Below are positions 1 to 8,838 of a stretch of DNA of 64,000 nucleotides, piece by piece (the stretch's first letter is position 1; every line of letters starts with the position of its first letter). The notes under the pieces were generated by a model. It worked only from the letters and a program-made list of their open reading frames with translations, made no database searches and was not told the DNA's origin. A program made the position numbers and the translations under genes. Location of the stretch: positions 1 to 64,000 of the IMG/VR virus record IMGVR_UViG_3300017766_003924; one strand, given 5' to 3'. This DNA is from a virus. Its lineage: Duplodnaviria; Caudoviricetes.

Positions 1-102
1 TCAACCTTTGGTAAATCATTTAACCTTATAGAGGTTAAAGGTAGTATTGATGAACGCTTTGAAATTGTCACAAAACATATAGATAATCTTTTTTATGAAT
101 GA
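1..102 (+). CDS. 3' end of a gene entering the window (possibly a nucleotide-kinase-like protein)
   Basis: Frame 1 is open from base 1 to TGA 100-102 (STFGKSFNLIEVKGSIDERFEIVTKHIDNLFYE*) and overlaps the queF start; 'VKGSIDER' resembles C-termini of small P-loop kinases. Not in the ORF track. Confidence 0.5.
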   Translation, partial: STFGKSFNLIEVKGSIDERFEIVTKHIDNLFYE

Positions 103-1021
103 AATAAATACACATCTAGGTAAAACATCACAGTATAAAACGCAATATGATCCCACACTCTTAGTCGGAGAGCCGCGTCAACGTAATCGTGATCATCTTA
201 ACATTGTAGGTACACGATGTATTGACGGTGACACTTCTCGTCATATGTATGGGTTTGATACGTGGAATGGATATGAATTTTCATGTTTGATGAATAGTGG
301 ATTACCTGTAACAGGTCAAGTTAAATTTGAATATTCTGCAAATACAAAAAATATTGTTGAATCAAAGAGTGTTAAGCTCTACTTCAATTCATTCAATGGC
401 ACTAAGATGGGTGATACTGTCAAAGAGTGCTTCGCTAATGTAGAAAAGAGAGCTATTGAAGATCTTTCTAAGACAGTTGGTGGTGAAGTAAAGGTTAAAA
501 TCTTTCCTGCAGAGACATCTACATATTATGATAATGATATTAGAATTTTAAGATCAGGAGCTATTACGCTTGAAAAGTCTTTTAATCCTACTTGTACCAA
601 ATATCAGAGGAGTCCAGATATTTTAAAGAGACGGCCAGTTCCAGTATATGGTCAGTTGAGAGAGTTGCATAGTTCTCTTCTTAAGTCGAACTGTAAGGTA
701 ACTAGTCAACCTGATTTCGGTGATGTATTTATTATCTATGAAGCTGATAAATGGGACATCAATTTTGAATCTCTTCTAGAGTATATTGTCTCATATAGAG
801 ATGAATGTCATTTTCATGAAGAGATTTGTGAGTCTATCTTCTCTGATCTGTTAAAAATTATCGAGCCAAAGATGCTCTTTGTTGAATGTTTCTATACTCG
901 ACGTGGAGGTTGGGATATTAATCCTTGTAGGTTGTATTCTATAGAAACAGAGGATATTAAAAACTTAGTGGAGCGGACTTCATCGGTTACTGAAAACCAC
1001 TTTAAGACATCAAGACAATAA
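95..1021 (+). CDS. queF: NADPH-dependent 7-cyano-7-deazaguanine reductase QueF (bimodular, E. coli type)
   Basis: QueF motif ESKSVKLYF, catalytic LKSNCKVTSQPD, FHEEICE and YTRRGGWDINP. Confidence 0.95.
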   Translation: MNEINTHLGKTSQYKTQYDPTLLVGEPRQRNRDHLNIVGTRCIDGDTSRHMYGFDTWNGYEFSCLMNSGLPVTGQVKFEYSANTKNIVESKSVKLYFNSFNGTKMGDTVKECFANVEKRAIEDLSKTVGGEVKVKIFPAETSTYYDNDIRILRSGAITLEKSFNPTCTKYQRSPDILKRRPVPVYGQLRELHSSLLKSNCKVTSQPDFGDVFIIYEADKWDINFESLLEYIVSYRDECHFHEEICESIFSDLLKIIEPKMLFVECFYTRRGGWDINPCRLYSIETEDIKNLVERTSSVTENHFKTSRQ

Positions 1022-1022
1022 G

Positions 1023-1598
1023 TTAATCTAAATTTATTGTAGACTTATCACCGTTAGCAGACTTTAAAATGAGTTTGTTAACGGTGAATTCTTTTCCGTC
1101 AAAAGTGTCATTTCCATCTAAATCTTTACATTCACCCGGCTCAACATATGCTAAGGTAATGTGACCCTTCCAGGTAGGGTATTCATTCTCAATATCGTCT
1201 GCAAACTCTTTTCGGAGCTTTTTATAGAGTGATTTAAGCTCTGCACACTCTACTTCTATTTTAATAACATGAAAGCCTTTGTGGTCATTTTCGAAGCGAG
1301 ATACCTTTTTAAGAGTTAGAGTTAATGGTTCAGTCACTTCCTGCTTAATAAAAGCTTTAACCTTATCCATATCTGTCTTAGGCTTAAATCCATAGAGGCA
1401 GGTTACATGGGGTTCATCTTCTCTTCCATCATTTGTAAGAACCTCATCAGGTATGTGTTTCTTTCCGAATTGTATAAATTGTTTATTGTCTGACTTATCT
1501 AGGTAGAGCATTAAGATACCATAATCATAAGTCTTTCCTTTTTTCTCTAGAACAATGAAATTTGACAGATATTGACTAACTTTTTCTTCGAAGAGCAT
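1023..1598 (-). CDS. 2H phosphoesterase (T4 gp57B/Acb1-like or LigT-like)
   Basis: Two HxT motifs, EPHVTCLYG and GHITLAYV, about 80 aa apart. Confidence 0.85.
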   Translation of the reverse strand: MLFEEKVSQYLSNFIVLEKKGKTYDYGILMLYLDKSDNKQFIQFGKKHIPDEVLTNDGREDEPHVTCLYGFKPKTDMDKVKAFIKQEVTEPLTLTLKKVSRFENDHKGFHVIKIEVECAELKSLYKKLRKEFADDIENEYPTWKGHITLAYVEPGECKDLDGNDTFDGKEFTVNKLILKSANGDKSTINLD

Positions 1599-1630
1599 AT
1601 ATTATTATTTAATGAGTTCGATTAAATTAT

Positions 1631-1673
1631 AAACCCCTTTAGAACATGTGTAGCTTTTGTTCTAAAGGGGTTT
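1631..1673 (-). terminator. Intrinsic terminator hairpin after the 1692-2186 gene
   Basis: Perfect 16-bp inverted repeat aaacccctttagaaca (1631-1646) / tgttctaaaggggttt (1658-1673). Confidence 0.8.
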
Positions 1674-1691
1674 GATTTGATTTATATGATT

Positions 1692-2186
1692 TTATATATA
1701 ACCAAGGGCATAAAGCTTTCGAACACGTTCTGAGCATGGTTGATTACCCACTGGAACATTAACTGCAGTAATATTGTAGTTGAATGTCCAAGTACGTGCA
1801 GAAGAATCTAATGAGAATGTAGAACCATTAGAGCCGGAAAGGAACTGAGATGAAAGAGTTACAGTAATTGCAACATTCTGTACCCCTACATAGCAGCTGG
1901 CAACCTTTGCAGACAATCCATATGCAGTAGAAGTCTTGAGGTAATATGGCGTAGTAAAGGTACTAAAGTCAAACAAGAACGGTGCTGCTAAATCATCAGA
2001 TACTGGATATGTACCAATAGTAATATCAGTAATAATTGCAGTAACTCCCGTAACAGATGTAGAGAACGAAGAAGAAGAAAACTTCCCAGTCACGTTAGGT
2101 CCGAATGCAGATAATGCACGCACATTAGATCCTGACGGAGCATGTGTCACAGTAGTGTGTGAAGATTGTAATGTCAATGTTGCCAT
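1692..2186 (-). CDS. Ser/Thr-rich hypothetical protein, probable virion surface/decoration protein
   Basis: 48 of 164 residues are S/T, beta-strand-like composition; has its own TAAATA motif upstream and a terminator downstream; lies near the capsid genes. Confidence 0.6.
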   Translation of the reverse strand: MATLTLQSSHTTVTHAPSGSNVRALSAFGPNVTGKFSSSSFSTSVTGVTAIITDITIGTYPVSDDLAAPFLFDFSTFTTPYYLKTSTAYGLSAKVASCYVGVQNVAITVTLSSQFLSGSNGSTFSLDSSARTWTFNYNITAVNVPVGNQPCSERVRKLYALGYI

Positions 2187-2241
2187 ATATTATTATTTAT
2201 TTCCTTTTGTATCTAAACTCTCAGATTGCATCATACGATAA

Positions 2242-3129
2242 TTATCCGCAAGAGATCTCTGTTTCAATTTTGGTTAAATCTTCAACACTTTCAGACTGCA
2301 TAGATTTAAATCTATCTGCAAGAGTCTGCATTGCTTTAGGGTTAAGGGGCTTTTGTACTGAGCCGGTTTTATCCCACTCATTGACATATCCATGAGTATA
2401 TTCTTCACCACTTATTTCATCTATCATGTCTTTATGTCGAGGTAAATTGCTTGAAATCTTTAAATTTAATACATGATTGTTTACATATGGTGTTAAGAGT
2501 TTACGGTATGGGTGACTGAATTCCCACCAAAATACCGTGTTTGTATATGGGTCATACCTAAAGGGTAAACGTTCCCCAAGGTTTATACCACCTAAATTAG
2601 CATGCGTTTTACCTTTAGGTCCTTTCTTAGTCCACAGTCCGTTTACTCTTCCGGACTTATAAACAGCACCAATATATATATCGTCGACAGTGTATTGAGT
2701 GTTTTCTGAATGAAGTGCCTGGAGTCGTGTCTTTAAATCAATAGGAGTCTTATACCCATGAGTATAATCAGCATATTCCATATTAGGCTTAACTACATTA
2801 TACTTATTCTTCTCCTTCATACCTACATGTTTTGGAGACTGATCATATCTTTTTCTAATGTATAGATTTACGGATATTTTCCATTCAGGATTAATATCTT
2901 CTTGAAGAAGCCACCAGAATACTATATTAGTATGAGGGTCATATCTAAAGCGCTTAAGCTCATGATAATTAAGATGCTGTGGGATTTTATCTTCAAGAAT
3001 TTTATGAGTCTTTTTTGAAGATTTAGTTACTTCTTCACTATATATCTCATGAGAGTTTATATCAATCGTACCTATAAGAATTATATCTTCAGAATACTCT
3101 TCTATAAAATATTGCTTAAATGATTTCAT
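2242..3129 (-). CDS. Hypothetical protein with capsid-targeting-like leader and a tandemly duplicated domain
   Basis: N-terminus MKSFKQYFIEE; internal repeats FRYDPHTNIVFWW / FRYDPYTNTVFWW and DYTHGY / EYTHGY. Confidence 0.75.
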   Translation of the reverse strand: MKSFKQYFIEEYSEDIILIGTIDINSHEIYSEEVTKSSKKTHKILEDKIPQHLNYHELKRFRYDPHTNIVFWWLLQEDINPEWKISVNLYIRKRYDQSPKHVGMKEKNKYNVVKPNMEYADYTHGYKTPIDLKTRLQALHSENTQYTVDDIYIGAVYKSGRVNGLWTKKGPKGKTHANLGGINLGERLPFRYDPYTNTVFWWEFSHPYRKLLTPYVNNHVLNLKISSNLPRHKDMIDEISGEEYTHGYVNEWDKTGSVQKPLNPKAMQTLADRFKSMQSESVEDLTKIETEISCG

Positions 3130-3930
3130 TTATTGATAGGTACGTGGAGAATCATCGACTTGTGATCCTGTTTTCTTCTCAAGAATAATCCAGGGCTGAC
3201 CATCCAAATCACCTCGATGAGATTTATTGTAAAGGTATTTAGCAATCTTTTCTGCATGTGGATAATTATTTGCAGAATGGGAGTCTATAACTTCATAGTA
3301 ATCATAATACCATCCACCCTCTTCGTGACCACCCATGCGCCGCGTTCTATCGTAGAGAGTTACAAAAACGGGATAGTTCTTAGGATTCTCAACACTATCA
3401 GGAGAGCTCTGATAGGTGAGAGATATAAAGTCATTATATTCGTTCCACCTCTCTTGAAGATCAGGATACTGCTGAGCAATCTTTAATGCATTATCCTTTT
3501 CTTCTTTTCTCCAACCTTCTAAATATTGAGTTTTATCTTCTATCCAATAAAGTATACCGGTAACAGAACGAGAGATACTGTCCCATATATAATGTAAATT
3601 AGTTGAATCTGTAGGTATAGTTATCCAAGGAAATAGTTGTTTAGCCTTCTTTGTAACATTAAGAGCTTCATGAGCTGACCATGCTTCATATGCACGTTCA
3701 TCTGTGCCATATATAACCTCTATAGAGACTACCTTCTCATAGTCTTTATCAACATTAGGGTATCCATTGCCATGAGGGAAGTTAGTTTCACCCTTGTTAA
3801 AATCTGCATCCATATCAGAACCAGTAGGCTCTTCTGAATTATCATCACCTAATGGGTCTTCAGGTGGTATGTTATGATTCTCAAATATTACCTTATAAAG
3901 ATTTTGAAGATTTTTGACATCGCGGCTCAT
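3130..3930 (-). CDS. Hypothetical late protein with leader and acidic N-terminal region
   Basis: Long clean ORF; TATAAATA 5 nt before the ATG; leader LQNLYKVIFE; C-terminal RRMGGHEEGGWYYD motif. Confidence 0.7.
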   Translation of the reverse strand: MSRDVKNLQNLYKVIFENHNIPPEDPLGDDNSEEPTGSDMDADFNKGETNFPHGNGYPNVDKDYEKVVSIEVIYGTDERAYEAWSAHEALNVTKKAKQLFPWITIPTDSTNLHYIWDSISRSVTGILYWIEDKTQYLEGWRKEEKDNALKIAQQYPDLQERWNEYNDFISLTYQSSPDSVENPKNYPVFVTLYDRTRRMGGHEEGGWYYDYYEVIDSHSANNYPHAEKIAKYLYNKSHRGDLDGQPWIILEKKTGSQVDDSPRTYQ

Positions 3931-3935
3931 ACTAT

Positions 3936-3943
3936 TATTTATA
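3936..3943 (-). promoter_or_regulatory. T4-type late promoter TATAAATA
   Basis: Exact T4 late consensus on the minus strand, 5 nt before ATG at 3930; gp55 is encoded in the window. Confidence 0.75.
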
Positions 3944-3982
3944 AAATAAAAAACCCTACTAGAAAAAATCTAGTAGGGTTTT
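3944..3982 (-). terminator. Intrinsic terminator after the major capsid gene
   Basis: 14-bp inverted repeat aaaaccctactaga (3950-3963) / tctagtagggtttt (3969-3982), followed by a T-run on the minus strand. Confidence 0.85.
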
Positions 3983-3999
3983 GAATATTACTTGTAAGA

Positions 4000-5415
4000 T
4001 TACATGTAAACGTTAGCCTGTGCCGGAGCAAATGCAGTACCAAGACCACGTATAATCACTAAGTGATAATAGAGGTTAGCACCGAAGATGTTATCAACAA
4101 CACCGTAACGGGTCAACATACCCACGCGAGGTGAGAAGTCGTTAGGTCCGATAGTTCTCTGAACCATAATAGGGATATATGGGCAGTAGATGATACCAGA
4201 GTCATAGTACTCAGGGCCTTTGTAACCGAGTAATGCATACTCGATTGCATCAGCTGCAGAACGGTCACCGTTCATGCTCTGAGCTTCCGTACGAGTGTCA
4301 CGATACACATTGAATCGTCCACCGAGGTTACCAACCTTCGCAATACCGACTGGCTGAGTATTAACGTTACCGTTAACAGGCATCCACTGGAACTCGTTTA
4401 ACATTTCGAGAATTGCGCACACCTTAGGTGTAGCAATAATGAAGTTAGCGGAACCACGGCGGTTACGAATTGCGATCTTGTTAGCTTCAACAATGATCTT
4501 CTGGTAGAAGTCACGATTACGCTCAGCGAGCCAACGTGCATCTGCAGCAGATGGAGACCAGAATGAATAACCAGTATCTCTACCAGCATTCAAGCAGACT
4601 TGAATCATGCGAATGATCATTTCACGGTCGATTTCGGCCTGTAACTCATATGACATTGCATTTGTGAGTTCATTATCGATATCGATACCGTTCATGTTCT
4701 TGAGATCTTGCTCAAGTTCAACGCTCCAACGAGCAGCTAATCTACGAGTACCAGCTTCAACAGCAGTCTTCTCGAAAGAGATAACCATTTGTGGGATACG
4801 TCCAGTTAATTCATACTGACCGAGAAGTGCCGCAACACCCTTATCACTGTCAATAAAGGCAAAGTCACCACCTGTAAGAACAGATGAAGACGTACCAGTA
4901 AATCTTGTGTCGAGGTATTGATAGCCTAATTCCTTGCCGTCAGCAGGAACTGCTGCACCATGTGCAGTAACAGTGCCGGAACCAATTCCGTCAACACCAT
5001 TACCAAGTGCATCTGCTTCGTACTTATAACGGAGTGCGAATGCAAGACCAACTGGTCCAGTCATTGGCTGAACGCCGACAACTTCATTTGCAATCAACTC
5101 AGGGAAAGTACGACGAATCATTGGGATGAGTACCTTAGGCAAGCGGCTATCGCCGGCTGCGTAATTATCAGAGTTAGTTAACCCAGCGGTGCTAGCACCA
5201 CCGAATACACCAAGACTGCCTGCAACACCAGACTGGTTAGTTGCCTCATTGCACCATACTTCTTGATTCTCTAAGAGAATAGCAGTGGTACGACGGGTGT
5301 GATCATCCTCAATTGGACGAACATTCTTAGATGCGAAATCCAAGATTGGACTCCACTTTTCTACAAGCATTTTTGCTTTTCTTTCATCTATGTAAGATGA
5401 GTGATTTGTGTTCAT
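4000..5415 (-). CDS. gp23: Major capsid protein, T4 gp23 family
   Basis: EKWSPIL, TAILLENQ, LIPMIRRTFP, GVQPMTGPVGLAFALR, AELQAEIDRE-like segment, YCPYIP, TRYG. Confidence 0.97.
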   Translation of the reverse strand: MNTNHSSYIDERKAKMLVEKWSPILDFASKNVRPIEDDHTRRTTAILLENQEVWCNEATNQSGVAGSLGVFGGASTAGLTNSDNYAAGDSRLPKVLIPMIRRTFPELIANEVVGVQPMTGPVGLAFALRYKYEADALGNGVDGIGSGTVTAHGAAVPADGKELGYQYLDTRFTGTSSSVLTGGDFAFIDSDKGVAALLGQYELTGRIPQMVISFEKTAVEAGTRRLAARWSVELEQDLKNMNGIDIDNELTNAMSYELQAEIDREMIIRMIQVCLNAGRDTGYSFWSPSAADARWLAERNRDFYQKIIVEANKIAIRNRRGSANFIIATPKVCAILEMLNEFQWMPVNGNVNTQPVGIAKVGNLGGRFNVYRDTRTEAQSMNGDRSAADAIEYALLGYKGPEYYDSGIIYCPYIPIMVQRTIGPNDFSPRVGMLTRYGVVDNIFGANLYYHLVIIRGLGTAFAPAQANVYM

Positions 5416-5477
5416 AATTTTTCGTTTCCTTAATTTCTATCAATCAGGTATTCTTTAGTGTTATACCTCAACAAAAA

Positions 5478-6389
5478 TTATTTATTCTTTTTCAGCTCAT
5501 TTAAGTAAACTGAAACAGGATTATTTTTATTTTCTACTTCTTGAGTGTCGTTCTTGGTTTCATTGACACTTTCGTTGATGGTCTCATTCTTAACATCGAA
5601 TGATGCAGTATTTTTCATTGCATCGTTCTTCAATTCGACGAGACGCTTCTCTTCAGACTTATCAAATAAGCTGACTGAATATTCAAAATTCTCAGTAATA
5701 AACTTAGGAGACTTATCGCTCAACATCTTGACAATATACTTCTTCTTGTCATCAGGCATTGATGCAGTCTTCTCTAAGAGAATGTTTTGAGTCTGTACGC
5801 GCTCGAACTTCTTTGCAAGTTCATCACGTTCCTTAAGAAGTGCTTTGTTAGACTCAGTAAGAGTATCGATTTGCTTCTTACCATCTTCAATTGCAGGCTT
5901 AACTGCTTCGAGAGATACTGCCTCGTTGATTGCAAGCACTCCACGGAATTTGGTTAAGAGATCGTATGCTCTCTTATTTTTGACAGCCTCGTTAATGGTC
6001 TCAACGGGAATGACGCTATCAATATATGTATCGAGATAGTTTGAAATAGATTCAACAATAGTGTTCTTAAACGTTGTTGCATCTTCATTAAGAGTCTTCT
6101 TTGACATCTCAACAACTTGCTTAAGCTTAGTTGTGTGGTTTTCGGTAATTGCTGCAACAACCTTATCGAGCTTTGCAGAATGATCCTTGTCGATAGCCTC
6201 AAGAAGGGTAGTTACCTTACCGGTAAGCTCTACATCCATTTCAGCTAATGCCTTTTCAACATGAAGCTGAACCCTTGTGTTTACTTCGTTTTCAAATGCT
6301 TCTTGTATTTCAGTACGCACTTGCTCTGTTAAAACATCCTTAGTGCTTTCTTCAAGAATCTTTTTGATATCAGTGGTTGGTGATGACAT
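5478..6389 (-). CDS. gp22: Prohead scaffolding/core protein, gp22-like
   Basis: Coiled-coil, E/K-rich; ISNYLDTYI motif; lies between gp21 and gp23. Confidence 0.85.
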   Translation of the reverse strand: MSSPTTDIKKILEESTKDVLTEQVRTEIQEAFENEVNTRVQLHVEKALAEMDVELTGKVTTLLEAIDKDHSAKLDKVVAAITENHTTKLKQVVEMSKKTLNEDATTFKNTIVESISNYLDTYIDSVIPVETINEAVKNKRAYDLLTKFRGVLAINEAVSLEAVKPAIEDGKKQIDTLTESNKALLKERDELAKKFERVQTQNILLEKTASMPDDKKKYIVKMLSDKSPKFITENFEYSVSLFDKSEEKRLVELKNDAMKNTASFDVKNETINESVNETKNDTQEVENKNNPVSVYLNELKKNK

Positions 6390-6391
6390 AA

Positions 6392-6544
6392 TTAAAATAG
6401 TTTTTGTTTCTGCGCAAGAGCGATACGCTTTTTAAGTTTACTCTCAACAGCTAACTGTAAATATTTATGTGCATCAGAATAGTTTTCTTCTGAGACGCAT
6501 TTAATAAAGTTAGTAATTGCCTTTTTTTCGGAAATTTTACTCAT
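6392..6544 (-). CDS. Small prohead-core-type protein (gp67/gp68-like by position), missing from the ORF track
   Basis: Hand-translated 50 aa: MSKISEKKAITNFIKCVSEENYSDAHKYLQLAVESKLKKRIALAQKQKLF*; fills the gp21-gp22 gap exactly; TAAATA 5 nt upstream. Confidence 0.75.
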   Translation of the reverse strand: MSKISEKKAITNFIKCVSEENYSDAHKYLQLAVESKLKKRIALAQKQKLF

Positions 6545-6548
6545 AATA

Positions 6549-7232
6549 TTATTTATGGCTATTTAAAGATTTAATAAAGTTGCAAATAGCTTCCTTAATA
6601 TATGCTTCTTTATCTTTACGGGGTAAGGAAATTATTGAAGAACTAAACTTATCATAGCACTCTTCAAGTTCTCCATTATCTCTTAAAACGTATTGCTTGC
6701 TTTCTAAGATACCATCAACAAATGCTCTGTGAGCGCTCGGGTCTGCAACACAGTCAACTGCAACCAAGCGTACCTTGCGTACGAGATTAACTGCATCTGC
6801 TTCTTCAATCAATTGACCCAATGCACGAGAAGACATCCCAAGTTTAATTCCTTCATTAATCAACCCTCTTACAATCATACCCATAGGAGTTGAAGTGAGG
6901 ATTTTTGACTTACCGATGAAGACATTACCATCTTGTTTGAGCTCGGTAATAACGTGGCATGCTCTTTCAGGATTTACTTCTGGAGAGGTAGGATGGTTAA
7001 GTTCTCCCATTGCTCTGTTAGTCTTAATCATCTCAGTATCATAACGTGATACTTCAGTGATTAATTCATCGAGAGGGTAACGACGTTTATTTCTGTTGAT
7101 TTCTTCTGCAACTAAATAAGGCCCTCTTACATATAAGGTTGCAGGTGCATTATTGCTCTTCTCTTCAACAATATATTCAAATGATTGAGGATCGAAACCT
7201 TCTATTAAGAGTTTATGAGGATTAAAAAGCAT
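6549..7232 (-). CDS. gp21: Prohead protease, T4 gp21 family
   Basis: NRNKRRYP, AMGELNHP, LGMSSRALG, DCVADPSAHRAFVDGILE. Confidence 0.95.
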   Translation of the reverse strand: MLFNPHKLLIEGFDPQSFEYIVEEKSNNAPATLYVRGPYLVAEEINRNKRRYPLDELITEVSRYDTEMIKTNRAMGELNHPTSPEVNPERACHVITELKQDGNVFIGKSKILTSTPMGMIVRGLINEGIKLGMSSRALGQLIEEADAVNLVRKVRLVAVDCVADPSAHRAFVDGILESKQYVLRDNGELEECYDKFSSSIISLPRKDKEAYIKEAICNFIKSLNSHK

Positions 7233-7244
7233 ATTACTTTAAAA

Positions 7245-7252
7245 TATTTATA
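7245..7252 (-). promoter_or_regulatory. T4-type late promoter TATAAATA for gp21
   Basis: Exact consensus on the minus strand, 12 nt before the gp21 ATG. Confidence 0.7.
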
Positions 7253-7276
7253 GATTTAGTGTTATAAATCTAGATA

Positions 7277-7726
7277 TTAAAATTTAACGCCCTGTCCCTT
7301 TTGATTGGCCCATGCGCGTGGAGCAGCCTTTTTAACAGTGCTTAAAAGGTTTGTCTTTAATTGGTTACCTGCAGCATCATCAAGCGCACCGATTTTTACC
7401 ATGTCAGCAACATAATCTTCAATACTCTTCTGAAGTTTAGCATTATGAGAATCAATAACAGCTTTATTCTTTCTAAATGTTGCTGTAGTTCCTACTTGCT
7501 TAAATTGCTGAGATGCCTTTTGTACTCCGGGCATATCATTCTTTGCAAATGATTTAGCACCCGCAACTGCAGCTTGACCACGTTGCTTTAAACCTGCAAC
7601 ATTTGAAGTAAGCCATTCCTTATGACCTTTAATGCGGTCTAAGAGCCCTTCATTGACAACATTACGTTGTTCCTGAGAAATGGGTCTTACGTGCTCGTTG
7701 TAGAGCTGTTCAAGTGATTGTGACAT
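7277..7726 (-). CDS. Hypothetical late protein with leader (probable head-internal protein)
   Basis: MSQSLEQLYNE ... VVNEGLLDRIK; Ala/Lys-rich; TAAATA 6 nt upstream. Confidence 0.65.
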   Translation of the reverse strand: MSQSLEQLYNEHVRPISQEQRNVVNEGLLDRIKGHKEWLTSNVAGLKQRGQAAVAGAKSFAKNDMPGVQKASQQFKQVGTTATFRKNKAVIDSHNAKLQKSIEDYVADMVKIGALDDAAGNQLKTNLLSTVKKAAPRAWANQKGQGVKF

Positions 7727-7731
7727 ATTAA

Positions 7732-8187
7732 TTATTTAGAGGTTTGAAATAAATGTTCTTCAGTAAGTATTAAGAACTTATACCCATGCTTGGAGCACCA
7801 CTCTTTTGCAGCCTTCCATTTAGCTTGATTCTTTGTCCAGGTAAGAGACTCATAGATTATAGTTTCTTTCTTCTTTTTCTTCGATACTGTTGGTGGCTCT
7901 GTTTGCTTTTTAGGCTTTACTTCAATAATATATTTGGTATGGGTAGTAGGGCCCTCTTTAATTACGACTGCGCAATCAGTATAATATCTATGAAGCTTTC
8001 CATCAGTAGGGCACATATAAGGAATCACTACTCCTTCAGAACACCATTCTAATACATTGATGTTTTGATCTAACCAAAGAAAGAGTTTTAGCTCCCATGA
8101 AGAGCGATATTTTGGTAATTCTTTACCTATATACTTCTTTGGGTTAATGGGCTTATAGGTTCCTTGTTTAAAATAATCGTTTGACAT
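7732..8187 (-). CDS. gp4: Head completion nuclease, T4 gp4 family
   Basis: YKPINPKKY, YRSSWELK, EWCSEGVVIPY, RYYTD, IEVKPKKQT, KWKAAKEWC. Confidence 0.92.
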   Translation of the reverse strand: MSNDYFKQGTYKPINPKKYIGKELPKYRSSWELKLFLWLDQNINVLEWCSEGVVIPYMCPTDGKLHRYYTDCAVVIKEGPTTHTKYIIEVKPKKQTEPPTVSKKKKKETIIYESLTWTKNQAKWKAAKEWCSKHGYKFLILTEEHLFQTSK

Positions 8188-8837
8188 TAAAATTTAAATT
8201 CATCTGGGAATGTATAATCAGGATACATTTCTATAATTTTATCATACACCTGCTGCATTACTTCACCGAGATTAACAGTTACAATTCCTAATCCTGAATC
8301 GAGATATATATTTTGTTTAGTAATACGCTTGTTAATAAACTCTTTATCTAATGTATATCTTCCATACCCTAAATTAATCGCTGGTCTCATATCTTCTAAT
8401 CCAAATATAGAGACATCATTGGTATAAAGCTTACCTTCTTTGCTTTTGTATTGTAATGCTTTCGGTAATGTGAAGTCTGGAGTTGGCTTTACTGGTGCTT
8501 GTACATACTGTGATATTTTGTCATGTAGAAAGTAATATATAGATTGTGCTTCTTTTGATGCTTTGTCATCTACAAAATCTCCTAATCTCCATCGAATATC
8601 AGATGAAAGCTTTGCAAGTGTTTTTGCAACGCTTGTAGGATCAGTCTCATCAATTAAACCAATTGCTTTATTGATTAAAAATATATCAGTACTGACTACC
8701 TTTTCATGATATATACTCCGAAGATGGTTTATATATCCCTTGAGAGCCTCTTTTAACTCATCCTTTTCTATAGATGTATATTGCTCCCATCCGCTCCATT
8801 CACTATTTTCTGTAAAGAATTGTTTAAAGCTTTTCAT
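8187..8837 (-). CDS. Hypothetical protein with capsid-targeting-like leader
   Basis: N-terminus MKSFKQFFTEN is near-identical to the leader of 2242-3129; the remainder is unrelated. Confidence 0.7.
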   Translation of the reverse strand: MKSFKQFFTENSEWSGWEQYTSIEKDELKEALKGYINHLRSIYHEKVVSTDIFLINKAIGLIDETDPTSVAKTLAKLSSDIRWRLGDFVDDKASKEAQSIYYFLHDKISQYVQAPVKPTPDFTLPKALQYKSKEGKLYTNDVSIFGLEDMRPAINLGYGRYTLDKEFINKRITKQNIYLDSGLGIVTVNLGEVMQQVYDKIIEMYPDYTFPDEFKF

Positions 8838-8838
8838 G

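Noticed and set aside
59-87. TTGAAA-17 nt-GATAAT sigma70-like promoter before queF
   Set aside because: It lies inside the coding tail of the upstream gene (1-102), which overlaps the queF start. Translational coupling explains the arrangement and a chance match is likely in AT-rich DNA.
5440-5470. Hairpin (aggtat/atacct) upstream of gp23 as a regulatory RNA
   Set aside because: Short stem that could be an mRNA-stabilising or processing hairpin or chance; nothing else supports a specific function.
7732-8187. TnsA-like nuclease as evidence of a Tn7 transposon or homing endonuclease
   Set aside because: Motifs and head-gene context match T4 gp4 head-completion protein; no transposon ends or partner genes are present.
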